From the NCBI GenBank assembly GCA_002104945.1, contig MCFH01000054.1, forward strand, positions 124,001-188,000: a DNA stretch of 64,000 nucleotides, written 5' to 3'. A model generated the notes under the pieces. It was not told the DNA's origin. It saw only the letters and a program-made list of their open reading frames with translations, and made no database searches. The DNA is from Piromyces finnis finn (lineage: Eukaryota; Fungi; Neocallimastigomycota). Made by a program: the position numbers and the translations under genes. Below are positions 1 to 12,074 of this stretch, in pieces; positions within the stretch are counted from its first letter, which is position 1; the number at the start of each line of letters is the position of its first letter.

Positions 1-52
1 TAATACTAATACTAATACTAATACTAATACTAATACTAATACTAATACTAAT
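1..52. repeat. (TAATAC)n hexamer tandem repeat, open at the window edge
   Basis: About 8.5 perfect TAATAC units from base 1; reads (TTAGTA)n on the minus strand. Confidence 0.9.
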
Positions 53-429
53 AAAGTTTTTATAATAATACCAACAATAACAACAACCAATAAAAGAGCA
101 ATAATAATGAAAATTTATTAAAGAATACTATATTTTTTTATTAATACTGTTTCTCTAACTGATTATAAAAGTTGTTAATATTTTATTATTATTTTTATTA
201 CTATAAAATGTTTTTTACTGAATATATAATCTAAAAAAAAAAAAAAAAAATGAATGATTGAATAAACTTAAAAATATTTACATTTAAATATTTTAAAAAA
301 AAATAATTATAAAATATATAAACAGAAAGGTGAAAAAAAAAGATTATTAAATAGTATATACTATTTTCAATATATATATATTAATTATAATGAATACATT
401 ATGAGAGAGAGGTATGTGTCATTGATTAT

Positions 430-1820
430 TTAATGATTTATAATATTGAATAAAGCTTCTTTAGCATTTTCTTCACCTGTCATAACACCTTCAGTAACAC
501 CAGTATGTGAAAAGCCTTCAGCGATGTATAGGTCAACAGAAGTATTACCAACTCTTTGCATTTGCTCGTATAAACCAAGAGCAATAGATTTAGGAACTGT
601 TTGATCTTCCGAAAAATGGACAATAGTAAAATGCTCAGCACCAAGATAATTAATAGAATGATCAGAATATTCCTTTAAAATATCTGTTGGACATGATTGT
701 TCTGAACCTAAAATGAAAGAAGCAAAAGCTTCAAATTTACTATTTTCAACGGATTCCCCCATTACTCTAGTGTGATAGGAATAAGCATCAAAATCAAATG
801 GGCCACCTAATAAAATAGCTTTTTTAATTGGAGGATAGTGTTGAGTAATAGAATTAACACCGATACCTTTTAATCCAAGAGTAGATTTAAAAAGACCCAA
901 AGCAGTAAGGTGAGCACCAGAGGAATGACCAATAACAATGATATTTTGATTATCTCCACCATATTTATCAATGTTATTGTATATCCAAGCTAGTGAATTA
1001 CCAATATCATAAACCATATCATCCAAATGACCAAATGGGAATTGAACATAATTTGGAATGACACCAACATAGCCTAGTTCATTTAAGAATTCACCAAGTT
1101 TTGAATATAATGTCTTTTCCCCTTTTTTTTTTTTTTTTCAATATTATTATTATAATCAAAGATTTTTTATTATTATAGATATTATGATAGAATAAAAAAA
1201 AAAAAAAGAATATTAGATAATATTTAATTATTATGTTCTATATTTAAATATTAAATTTTTATAAATTTTATTTCTAAAATAATTTTATCTATTAAATTAC
1301 TATCATATAGCCAATCTATATTTATAATGAAAGAGTGATATTAAAAAATCTTTAAAAAAATTTTTTAATTCTTATCTATTCTTACCTAAAAACCAAATAC
1401 CACCATAAATGTAAACAACTACCGGCTTTTTATTATAACTGTCATCTTTATTATAATAGATATCCATACATTTTGAATCGTCATAACATACATTACGCCT
1501 TTAGTACAAATAAAAAAAAAAAAAAAAATTAAATTGATTTTATATAAAATGAAATTTTTAGATTTTATTATTAGTAATTTTTTTTTTTTTATTAAAATTT
1601 TATATATTTTTTTTTTCACAACACTAGTCTCATTTAACAAATTAACAAAATATATATATATATTCAAAATTTTATAGTATACTTACTCTATATCATGAGA
1701 AAAAACGTAATTTCCAAGAGAAGAAACATAGGAACCAATTCCTCCAATTGGGCTACATGTAACTGTACCCCAACAGGCAATAATAACTAAAAAAAGACTT
1801 TGTATATTTAATAATTTCAT
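430..1820 (-). CDS. Secreted alpha/beta-hydrolase (esterase/lipase, HSL/BD-FAE-like), 3 exons
   Basis: Exons 1820-1687, 1498-1386 and 1121-430 join in frame with GT..AG introns. The protein has a signal peptide (MKLLNIQSLFLVIIACWG), an oxyanion motif (VYIYGGIW), the nucleophile motif GHSSG, Asp (SEDQTVP) and His (GFSHTG). Confidence 0.88.
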
Positions 1821-3287
1821 TGATATATATAAATATATATATATTCCTTGATATTTTTATTATTAATTTTATTTTATCTTTGTTATTTTATTATTCTTTT
1901 TCTTCCTATTATTTAGTATTATCAATATTTAAAAATAAATAATGTATAAGGTTTTTTTTAAAAGATTACTTTTTTTAAAAAAAAAAAAAAAAAAAAGAAA
2001 TGATGATTTTTTTAATAATTAATTTTTTTTTTAACTGAAAAATTGCCGTTCCATTTTTATATTAAAAAATATTAAATCTTATATTAATATTATTAAAAAA
2101 AAAAGATCAACAATTAAAAAAAAAATTAAATTTTTAATTTGTGTAACCTTTCATAATTTAATATTACACTACATTATTAAATAGGTTATTAACTATATTA
2201 ATTATATTACATTTTAGTACATGTACATAATACAAGTACATGATTCTATTACACGAATCTATATTGTTATTATAAGCCACATACAGTTATATATAATTCT
2301 TAAAAGCACTACAATATATTAAATTAATAATAAATTAAATCCATTAAATGTATTGTTGTACATTGTTATTAAAATAATATTAAATATTTCTGTATTGTAA
2401 TTGTAATTAATAAATATAATAAATATTAAATAATAATAATTATAAAAAAAAGGTCAATAGGATTATTATAATTAGACAAAACCTTTTATCAAGAAATCTT
2501 TTTTTTTTTTTTTCAAAAAAGTTAATCGTCCATTCTTTTAAAGATTATCAATCTTTTTATTTTTTAATAATTTTTCTATTTTATTTTTATTATCAATATA
2601 GTTTTCAATTAAAAAAAATTCTATTAAAAGGTTTACTATAATAAATATACAAACAATTTATCAAGTCTATTTAATCAAGTCTATTTAAAATGTTGATTAA
2701 ATGCCAATTTTATTGTAATTAAACTTTTATACTTTTTTTTATTTTGAATATAATTTTTTTTTTCCTTCATTAAATGTAAATAGAGTTTTTTTTTTTTTTT
2801 TTTTTTTTTTTAACTCTATTTAGAAAAAAAAAAAAAAGGTAAATATATCCATATATCTATTTAAATTTGGTTTGTTATATGCAAATTTATCTTAGATGCA
2901 CAAAAAAGATATAATTATAAAATGTATTATTTTTTTATTTCAATTATATCCACTTTTTTTCTTCTTCTTCATTTTATACATTTTTAAATTTATATATGTA
3001 CATATATGTTTATATTTAATATTATAATTGTTATATATATAAAAAGGTATTATATACCTACATACATATTTAAAATGATGCTTTAATTTAAAAAAAAGAA
3101 TTCATAGTATGACATATTATATATATATTCTTTTTTGAATAAACTACTATGAAAATTATTGTTTATATGTGGAGAAAGAGACGGAGAATGGTTTAAAAGC
3201 AAAAACTATTATTGCTATTACCTAAATTGAGCTAAATAGAGTTAAAAATTGTAGAAAAAAAAAATAAATATATCCTAATGTTAAAAG

Positions 3288-4181
3288 TTATTGATTAATT
3301 TTCTTTTTTTTCATGTTTAAAACCCTATTCCTAAAAATTCCCCATGCAACCAAAATAACTAATATTCCTGTTAATATTGATAAAAAGGGAATAATATTTA
3401 AAATAAGTAAATTGTTAGGAGTGTATTCTGCGTGTTGATCTTCTTTATTCCAACAGATATTTTTATAGGTAAAATTACTGAGACATTCAAAAGGATGTTG
3501 ACTCAATTCTTGATTTAATTTTTTACATTCGGTTGTCCCTATGGTATCAGTGAAAAGGGTTTCTTCTGTTACTCTAGGTTTACAGTTGTACATTGTAAAT
3601 TTATTAGATTTTAAACATTGATTTCCCTCACATACTTGGGTTAAACAGTTGGTATTATCCAAGCAATGTATTTCATTTTTTTTAGGACAATAGTGATACT
3701 TTAAACTTTCATTCGTACAATAGTAGGGTGAAGTTATATTATTTTTAAAAAAAGATTTTTTTAATGGGTAATCCAATGAATTTACTAATAATTCATTGCT
3801 ATATATGAAATCATTATTGAATTCTTTTTCTTCTTCTTTTCCGTTAAATGTCACATAACAATTTAAATTACCATCCTTATTATTTTGTTGTTCATTTTCC
3901 GGACAAAGAAAAGAAAATAAGCAATAACCATATATATTATTATTTAATAAAGAGTCTTTATCATATAAATTAGTTTCAACATTTGAATTCCTGATTGTCC
4001 TATTAAAAATATTTAAAGGAAGGTAACAACCATTACTATAGTGTGGACAATCCAGATTAGAAAAACATTTTTGTAGTTTTATATTTTTTATAAAATCAAT
4101 TGTATAGTTAGTTGTTAAATAAAGTTCATGTTTGGATTTTTCATATTTATCAATAGAAAAATTATTAACTGTTGATTCCAT
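3288..4181 (-). CDS. Hypothetical Cys-rich protein with a C-terminal transmembrane helix
   Basis: 297-aa ORF with many Cys (CLDNTNCLTQVCEGNQC), a hydrophobic C-terminal segment (LLILNIIPFLSILTGILVILVAWGIF) and a basic tail. No signal peptide is visible. Confidence 0.7.
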   Translation of the reverse strand: MESTVNNFSIDKYEKSKHELYLTTNYTIDFIKNIKLQKCFSNLDCPHYSNGCYLPLNIFNRTIRNSNVETNLYDKDSLLNNNIYGYCLFSFLCPENEQQNNKDGNLNCYVTFNGKEEEKEFNNDFIYSNELLVNSLDYPLKKSFFKNNITSPYYCTNESLKYHYCPKKNEIHCLDNTNCLTQVCEGNQCLKSNKFTMYNCKPRVTEETLFTDTIGTTECKKLNQELSQHPFECLSNFTYKNICWNKEDQHAEYTPNNLLILNIIPFLSILTGILVILVAWGIFRNRVLNMKKKKINQ

Positions 4182-4730
4182 TGTAATAGTTTTTTTTTTT
4201 TATTTATATTATATATTATATTATACATATATACATATATCCTTTTCTTTTTTTATGTGTGCATTACATATATGCATTACATATATATTCCTTTGTTAGG
4301 ATAGTATTATCATACTATTACTAAATATGATTTTTTTTTTTTTTTTAGTTTTTTATTTTCCAAAAAGTTTTTCTTTTGTTGGTGTTTAAATATTTTTTTT
4401 TTTGGTTTCAAAATTATAATAAATAAAGTTTTATTCTTTAGAATTTCTATTAATTTTTTTTTTTGAAGTCAAATTTTTTTTTTTTTTTTTTTTACAAAAG
4501 AAAGCAAGAATTTAAAAGTTTTTATATAATAAAATAATGGATAAAAGAAAAGTTTTAATCTTTTATCAACTCTTTCTTTTCTATTTATAATAAAAAGTTT
4601 TTTTTTTTATTTTTTATATATATAGAAAGAAAAAAAAAATTGTCAATTGATTTTGAAACAATTCATTTTCATTTTCTTTTCATTCATGCGAGTTTTAATA
4701 AATCAATTTAATATTATTGTTTTGTATATA

Positions 4731-4763
<33 letters not shown>

Positions 4764-5966
4764 TATAATATCATCATAGTTTTCTAATAAAAAAAGATTT
4801 TTATTTTTGAAAAAAAACCTTTCAATTCCCATTCCTTTTTATTCCATTAAAAAAAAAAAACTTTTACTCTTTTACCTTTTAATTAAAGAAAAAAAAATTT
4901 TTATATTTAAAATAATCCTTCTTTAATGAGTCATTTTTTAACATTTATTAATTAAAAAAAGGAAAAATAAAAAAAAAAAAAGAAAAATAAAAAGAAAAAA
5001 GACCATAATAAAATAGAAATTGAAATGATGAAGGTTAAAGTTTACATAATAAAATAAGAAAGAAAAACAAACAAAAGGTTTTTAAAAAAAAAAGTTTTCT
5101 TTCAAATTCAAGTTCATTTGGTCAACATTATTATTCAAATAAATCATAAAATGTAAATTAATATAGAAAATGTAATTGAAAATGTAAACGTAATTGTAAT
5201 TATAGAATTCATATCATAAGGATAAGGATTGAAATAAGGCTATATAAATTATAATAAAAACAAATTATAGTATATATTTTTCATTTTCAATTGCTATAGT
5301 AGGGTATGAAAGAGTGAAAAAAAAGTCTAGCTAAAATTCTGCATGAGCTCGAATTTCTTCTGGCTAAAAAGTCTGGCTAAAATCCCCAAAAATCTAGGAT
5401 AAATAGGAAAAAAAAAAAAAAAGAAACAATAATAGATATTTCATATTAAAAATACAAATTATGAATTCATAAAATGTTTCATTTCGTTTTACACATAAAA
5501 TTATATGATGTCACATGTTTAATACATGTGATTTATTAATAAAATTGATTTTTAGAATTTTCTAAGTATTTTTTTATTTTGGAGACTTTTTTAAAAAAAA
5601 GATAAAAAAAAAAAAGGTTAAGAGTATGATAACTTTCTTTTTTTTTTTAAAGAAAAAAAAAGTAATTAGAATAAACTTCACCCAAAATTCTATTTACAGT
5701 AGATTTTTATTAAAAAACTTTTTATACTAGAAAAAAAAGAAACGTTTATTAATCTTGTCAAAAAATTTATTTTTTATATAATTGCTATAGTTTATTGAAT
5801 ATTAACAGTAAAAAAAAAAAAAAAAAAAAATTATTTTTCTACTGATAATAATACGATCTATAATATACATTTTTTTAAATATATAGGTATGTCGGTAGGT
5901 TTATATGGATATAAATGTATATGTGTGTATGTATGCATGAAGGTGTGAATGTACGTACGCGTGTAT

Positions 5967-8881
5967 TTAATCAATTTCATATCTACAAGTAGGACTATGT
6001 TGATGAATATTAAGAATTTATAACATACATAATTTTAAAAAAAGTAATAGTAAAATAAATATTATAATATTATTTATTAGTTGGGATAAGAAATTAAATA
6101 ATTATAATAAATTGGAATAATTTACCATTTATTATGTTCAGCAAACCATATTGATATACAATTCTTGTGATAGATATGTTTGCAAGGAAGTTGTTTAACC
6201 TTTGTTTTTAATTTAAATGATTCCATACATATTACACAACTAAAAATATTGGAATATAAATTAATTTCAGTGGAATTCTAATGAAATAATATCGTTTTTT
6301 TAAGGTAATAATAACATATATGAATAAATAATAAAAAAAAAGAGATAAATTACAAAGAATCTTGTTCAATAACATCTTTTGTGACTTCAATAGTATTAAT
6401 TTTTTTAAATTGACTCATTGAAACTCCTTCATATTTTGGTAATAACATAAATAATGTCCAACATGGCTTTTTTATATATTGATAGATGAATTAAAAGAAA
6501 TGGGTATATTAATAATTATTTAAAAATTATATTATTATAAAGATTAGGAAAAAATAAATATATAAAAAATATTTCTATATAAAATAAATATAATTTTTGT
6601 GTTATATTTATTTTTTTTTTTTTTTTTTGCTTAAATGATAATAACTTACCGTTATTAATAATATAATCACCATTAAAATATAAGTACAAGTAGTAATTAA
6701 TGTGACATAAAAGATAAAGTTATACGAACTACTTTTTATAATGCTATGATCAACATCCTAAATCATCATTATTCATAAAATCATGAAAAAAGAATATATG
6801 GAAAATAATTATTTAAAAATAGATATAATTTAAAAAAAAAAAAAAAAAGAGTATTAGAAGAAAATATTTCTTTATAAATAATTCAATTCAATTAAAATAT
6901 TTTTATATATTTATATTTAATTGAAATTATTTTTATTGATAATTCCAAATTAAATAAAAATAAACTCTAAATATTTCAATTAGAATTATTTTTGTTGTTA
7001 GTGTTATTTCTAAAATTCATTACACATGTATTTTGAGGATCTTTTAAAATATTTATTCCAATAGGAAGCATAATTAATTGAACAGTATCAATTAGACTTT
7101 GGAAACCCCATAAAATTTTTGCTATAAATAGTCTTTTATATAAAGTAGAAATGATTAAAATATATATGTATATATATGTATATAAAATAAAAGTTAAAAC
7201 GATATATTTATATATAGAATAATGTTAATAAATAAAAAAATAATATAATATATATATTGATAAATAAATCAATAAATAAAACAATAGAACATATATAAAG
7301 AATATATATATATTTTTTTATCCTATATACCTTCTATGCATTCGATAATTAATTTGATAAATTTTATGAGGTAAATAAATGATTAGTAAACCATTTAGAA
7401 TGAGTTGAGCGATAGAAATGCAAATATAAAACATGGAAAATAGTTTATAATTTTTGAAACAATCCACTTTATAATCAATTGAAAAAGATCTAATTCCAAA
7501 AAGTAAAATAAGTAAGGAAAATAAAAATTTGATAATACACCATAATCTTTATATACCAATGTCATTATTGTTTATTTTTTTTTTTTGACATTGAGATTAT
7601 CAACAGTATATATATTTTTATATATAGAGGTATATAGATAGTATAAATAGATAAATATGGATAAATGAAAATATAGAAATAAGGAAAAGAAAAATTCAAT
7701 ATTATAATTATTATTATTATTAGTAGTAGTAATAGTAATAGTAATAGTAGTAATAGTAGTAATAGTAGTAGTAGTAATAGTATTAGTATCAATTTATGAA
7801 TTATTAAAATGACTTGTATTAAAAGGATTAAAAAAAAAAAAAAACTATCAATTGATTGATCGATCGGTTACTATATATAATCTTACCTCCAAGTATTCCA
7901 AGCTGTATGGGTTGGTTCTAATTCTTCTCGTGTTAAATCATTAAAATTATTTGTTTCATTACTACTGGTGGAAATCGTTGTCATGATTTCATTTTGAAAA
8001 CAATAATTATTGTTATAATTGGTATCGTCATGAACGGAATAGGTATCATTAATAAAGAGAATATTACTTGGATGATGAATATCATTTTTATTTAAGGTTG
8101 TTGTTGTTGTTGTTGTTGTGTTTGTCGTGGTGGTAGTAGTTGTGGTATCTTCCATTTGTATTTTTTTCTTTTTAATATAATCATTATAAATATCATCGTA
8201 AATGGAATGGGAAGAAGAAGGAGTACCTTGATCTACCACTATAGTTTCCGTTGAACAGAAATTACTATCTGCTGAAGCAAGCGTACCATGAATAATATCA
8301 CATTCTGATTTGTCTGGTTCTAGTATTTTATTTTCATCACTATCACCACAATACGAACTGGAGCATAAATAGTTTAATGGATGTAGATGATCATGATGAT
8401 CATGGTCATTTCGATTTTTTTGACCGACATAAGGAGTATTGGATTTTTTCATTTGATCATTAAATGTGGAGTTATGATTGATATTTTGATTTTCATTATA
8501 AATATTAATCTTAATTTCATTATTAGTTATTGTTCCGGTATAAGGATTGGTATTTTTAATATTTTTATCTTTATCCTTATTATCATTATCATCATCATCA
8601 TTCATATCTTTATTTTTATTGTTACTACTACCAATACTGCTATGATTAAGATTTGAAGTAAGTCCGCTAAATAATGGTCTTTTCTTTTTTTCATTGATAG
8701 GACAATCGATTTCTTCATCAAATGGATAGTCTTTTTTATTTTCTTTCAAAGATTCACTGATAGTATACGGCTTTTCATTCGAGATTACTTTATCATTATT
8801 TGAATTATGACTATAACTATGACTATGATGATGATTGTTGTTGCTATTGCTACTATTAGTATTACTATCCAAATTATCCAT
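5967..8881 (-). CDS. Transmembrane RING-H2 E3 ubiquitin ligase, multi-exon
   Basis: Exon 1 (8881-7887, low complexity) splices to hydrophobic exons near 7.55-7.33, 7.13-7.03 and 6.76-6.65 kb, then to PCWTLFMLLPKYEG...DSF. It continues as CVICMESFKLKTKVKQLPCKHIYHKNCISIWFAEHNKC|PTCRYEID* (stop at 5967-5969). One internal junction (about 7.03/6.76 kb) is unresolved. Confidence 0.85.
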
Positions 8882-9442
8882 ATTATATATGAATTATTTA
8901 ACTGGTGTTTTTTTAAGTAAATCCAATAATATTATTACAATTTTACTTTTTAGACTATTATTATTATTTTATTGTTGTTATTAATATTTTTTTTTTGAAT
9001 AATATATATATTATATATAATAAATAGTAATTATACTAATTTAGAAGGAAGAATTAAAAAAAAAAGTTTGGCTTTAATTTAAATGCAATTTGTCGTTCAA
9101 GAATTTAAATATCAATTAAATTACCGAAAAATATTTTACTAAAAAATTATTATATATATTATTAAAAAAAAAAAAAAAAAAAGTTTAAACGTAAAAAAAA
9201 AAAAAAAAAGAAAGAAATGTATATATGGGTGTGAATGTGAATGCCTATCAAAAGATATTTGTCAAAAGTTATTTTTTAAACAATTTCCTTTTTTTTTTTT
9301 TTTAAATATATATATATATATATATAAGATAGTTTATAAAAAAGAATAGTATGAAAAGTAATGAAAGATATATTAATAAATAAAAAAAAAATTATTTAAA
9401 ATTTTATAGACATTTAAAATAAAAAAATATATATATATATAT

Positions 9443-9479
<37 letters not shown>

Positions 9480-11402
9480 CGTTCTTTCGTTCTTTCTTCT
9501 TTTATAATATATATAATGTGGTAAAAATAAAAAAATAAAAATAAAAAAAAAAAAAAAAATTAATGTTTTGAATATAAATATTTTTTTTTTTTTTTTTTTG
9601 ACATTTTATCCTTTTTTTTTAAATATTAAAATTTTAAAATTTTTTTTTAAAGTTTATTTTCCTTTTTTTCTTTTTCTTTTTCTTTTTCTTTTTCTTTTTC
9701 TTTTTTTTCTTTTTATTACAACAATACCAACCAACTTTTTTTTTCTTTTATTCATTCCTATCTTAAAACCATGATTTTTCTTTTTTTTTTTTCTTAAAGA
9801 AAATTATACAACAATTATTCAATAATTTTATTTATTTTTTCGATTCATACCAACTCTACCATAAAAAATAAACTCTTTCTTTTCCAAATTAAAAAACTTT
9901 TTTTTTTTTTTTTTTCATTCTCTTTGACCTCTTTTTTTTTTTTTTTAAACAAACAAACAAACAAACAAAAAAAAAAGTTTCTTCTTTCTATTTTAAACTT
10001 TTTTTTTTATAATTTTTTTTTATTATTTTTAATTTTTTTTTTTTATTATTAATTTATTGACATTTTGTTTTGGTTTTGGTTTTTTGCCTTTGCTTATTTA
10101 TATTTCAATTTTTTTTTTATTTTATATATAATTCAATTTTGAAATTTTTTTTTTCTTTCTTTCTTTTTTTTTTTTTTTTTACTTTCTTTAAACCTTCAAT
10201 AAAAACTATTTTTTTATTAAAAGTTTTTTTTTTCTTGTTTCAACTCTTTTTTTTTTTTTCTATTTTTCTTTTCTTTCTTTCCCTTCTTTTATAGATATAT
10301 AAAAAAAAAAGGTGAGAAAATAAAAGAATATGAAAAAAAAAATATTTAAAATTAAAAAAAAAAGTTGAATCTTTTTATCTATACGATAATTTATTTTTTA
10401 TTTATGAACGTTATATTATTTGTATCATTATTTTTATGTCTTTTGGAATGTTTTTCTTTTTCTTTCAATTTCTCTTTTTCTTTCGTTTTTTTTTTTTTCC
10501 TCTCTAAATTCTTTTTTTTTTTTTTTTTTTTTTTTTTTGTTTTTCATTACGATATAAAGTGTTGTTTTATAGAGTATTCGATAAATTTTTTTATTTTTTT
10601 GTCTAGTCATTAAATGGATAAATATATCTATTTGAATGAATAAAAATTTAAATTCCTATATATATATATATATTATGAATATATAATAATTTCTAAAGTT
10701 ATGTCTAATTTATATTTATAATCTTTTTTTTTTTTTTTTCATTACTATGTCTTTTTTTTTTTTTCGATTTATTATTACCCTGTATTATTATAATATAAAT
10801 AATAATATTTTTGATTTCTTTTCGTTTTATCGTATATTTATATATATGTTGTATGTTAAATTAGAAATAATTGAAATAAATAAATAAAAAAAAAAAGAGA
10901 AAAATAAAAAAAAAATACAATGTCTTTTTTTTTTATTTTATTTTTTTATTTATTTATCCTATATATATAACATTGTTAAAAAGGTTGTTGATAATAAATA
11001 TTTAAAAAAAAAAAGTAAAATTGATAAACTGGGATAGAAAATTATTTTAATAAAATTGATTAAAATAAATTAAGAAAATTATACCAACAATATTGGTTTT
11101 TTCCTTTTTTTTTTTTTTTTTTGATGCTATTTATAATAATGAAAAAAAAAAAAAAAGTTGTTTAAAAAAAAAGATAATCTATCATTATATATACTAAATG
11201 GATGATTGATTCTTTCTTTTTTTTTTTTACAACTTCTTATTGTATTATTATTATCGAGTAGTATATATAAAACAGGTGTTATTGTACTGAAAATTAAAAA
11301 TGGTTAAAAGATATAGATTTGGAAGTAGAAAAAAATGAAAAAAAAAAACGATGATGCTATTTATTTTTGACTTTTAATTCATCTGTTTTTTATGGTGTGA
11401 TT

Positions 11403-12074
11403 TTAACAAATAGCCTTAACAGATTTGATACTTTCATGAATCTTTTCAACCTTATTTAAAGTTAAACGAAGACGTTCAGTAAAACTTTCCATTTTTTCAT
11501 TTTGTTCAGCAATAGTACTCTTTGTCTTATTTAAGAAGAAAAGAGCATCTTCTCTATCATACATTAATTTTTGTTTTTCTTTCTTTAATTCTTGAAGTTC
11601 AGCAATAAGTTTACTTTGGTCAAAAGATTCATTCTTAACATCCTTTTCAACTGGTTTTGATGGAGCAAGAGAACCAGACTTATTAGATTGACTACTTAAT
11701 TGTGGAGATTGTTGTTGTTTTTTACCTTGCTTTAATTGTGGAGAGCTACTTGGATTTTGTTGTTGTTGTTGTTGTTGTTGTTGATGTTGCTTCTTTTGGT
11801 TTAACTTTGGAGAAGTAACTTTTTGTTGTTGGTTTAATTGTGGACTCTTAATACTTTGTTGAGATTGACTTTGTTGTTGTTGAAGTTGTAAAGCTCTCTT
11901 CTTACAAGCACGCTTATGTTGTTTCCAGTGAGATTTTTGACATTCCTTTGAACAGTATTTAGCTTGTCCACATTGAGAGCAAGACTTAAACATAGGTTGT
12001 CCTTGAACCCATTTCTTTTGACAAGCTGGGTTAGAACAAGCAACGTCACGCTTATTATTATTATTTCCTGCCAT
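11403..12074 (-). CDS. MYND zinc-finger protein with polyQ linker and C-terminal coiled coil
   Basis: CSNPAC...CSQCGQAKYCSKECQKSHWKQHKRAC is a MYND signature, followed by a Q-rich middle and a heptad-like C-terminus. Confidence 0.88.
   Translation of the reverse strand: MAGNNNNKRDVACSNPACQKKWVQGQPMFKSCSQCGQAKYCSKECQKSHWKQHKRACKKRALQLQQQQSQSQQSIKSPQLNQQQKVTSPKLNQKKQHQQQQQQQQQNPSSSPQLKQGKKQQQSPQLSSQSNKSGSLAPSKPVEKDVKNESFDQSKLIAELQELKKEKQKLMYDREDALFFLNKTKSTIAEQNEKMESFTERLRLTLNKVEKIHESIKSVKAIC

Noticed and set aside
7565-7792. 75-aa poly-Leu/Ile ORF
   Set aside because: It is a translation of an (AGT/AAT) microsatellite within intron 1 of the RING gene.
9568-10613. Three Phe-rich plus-strand ORFs resembling membrane proteins
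   Set aside because: They arise from poly-T tracts and TTG starts in the upstream region of the RING gene, with no motif or splice support.
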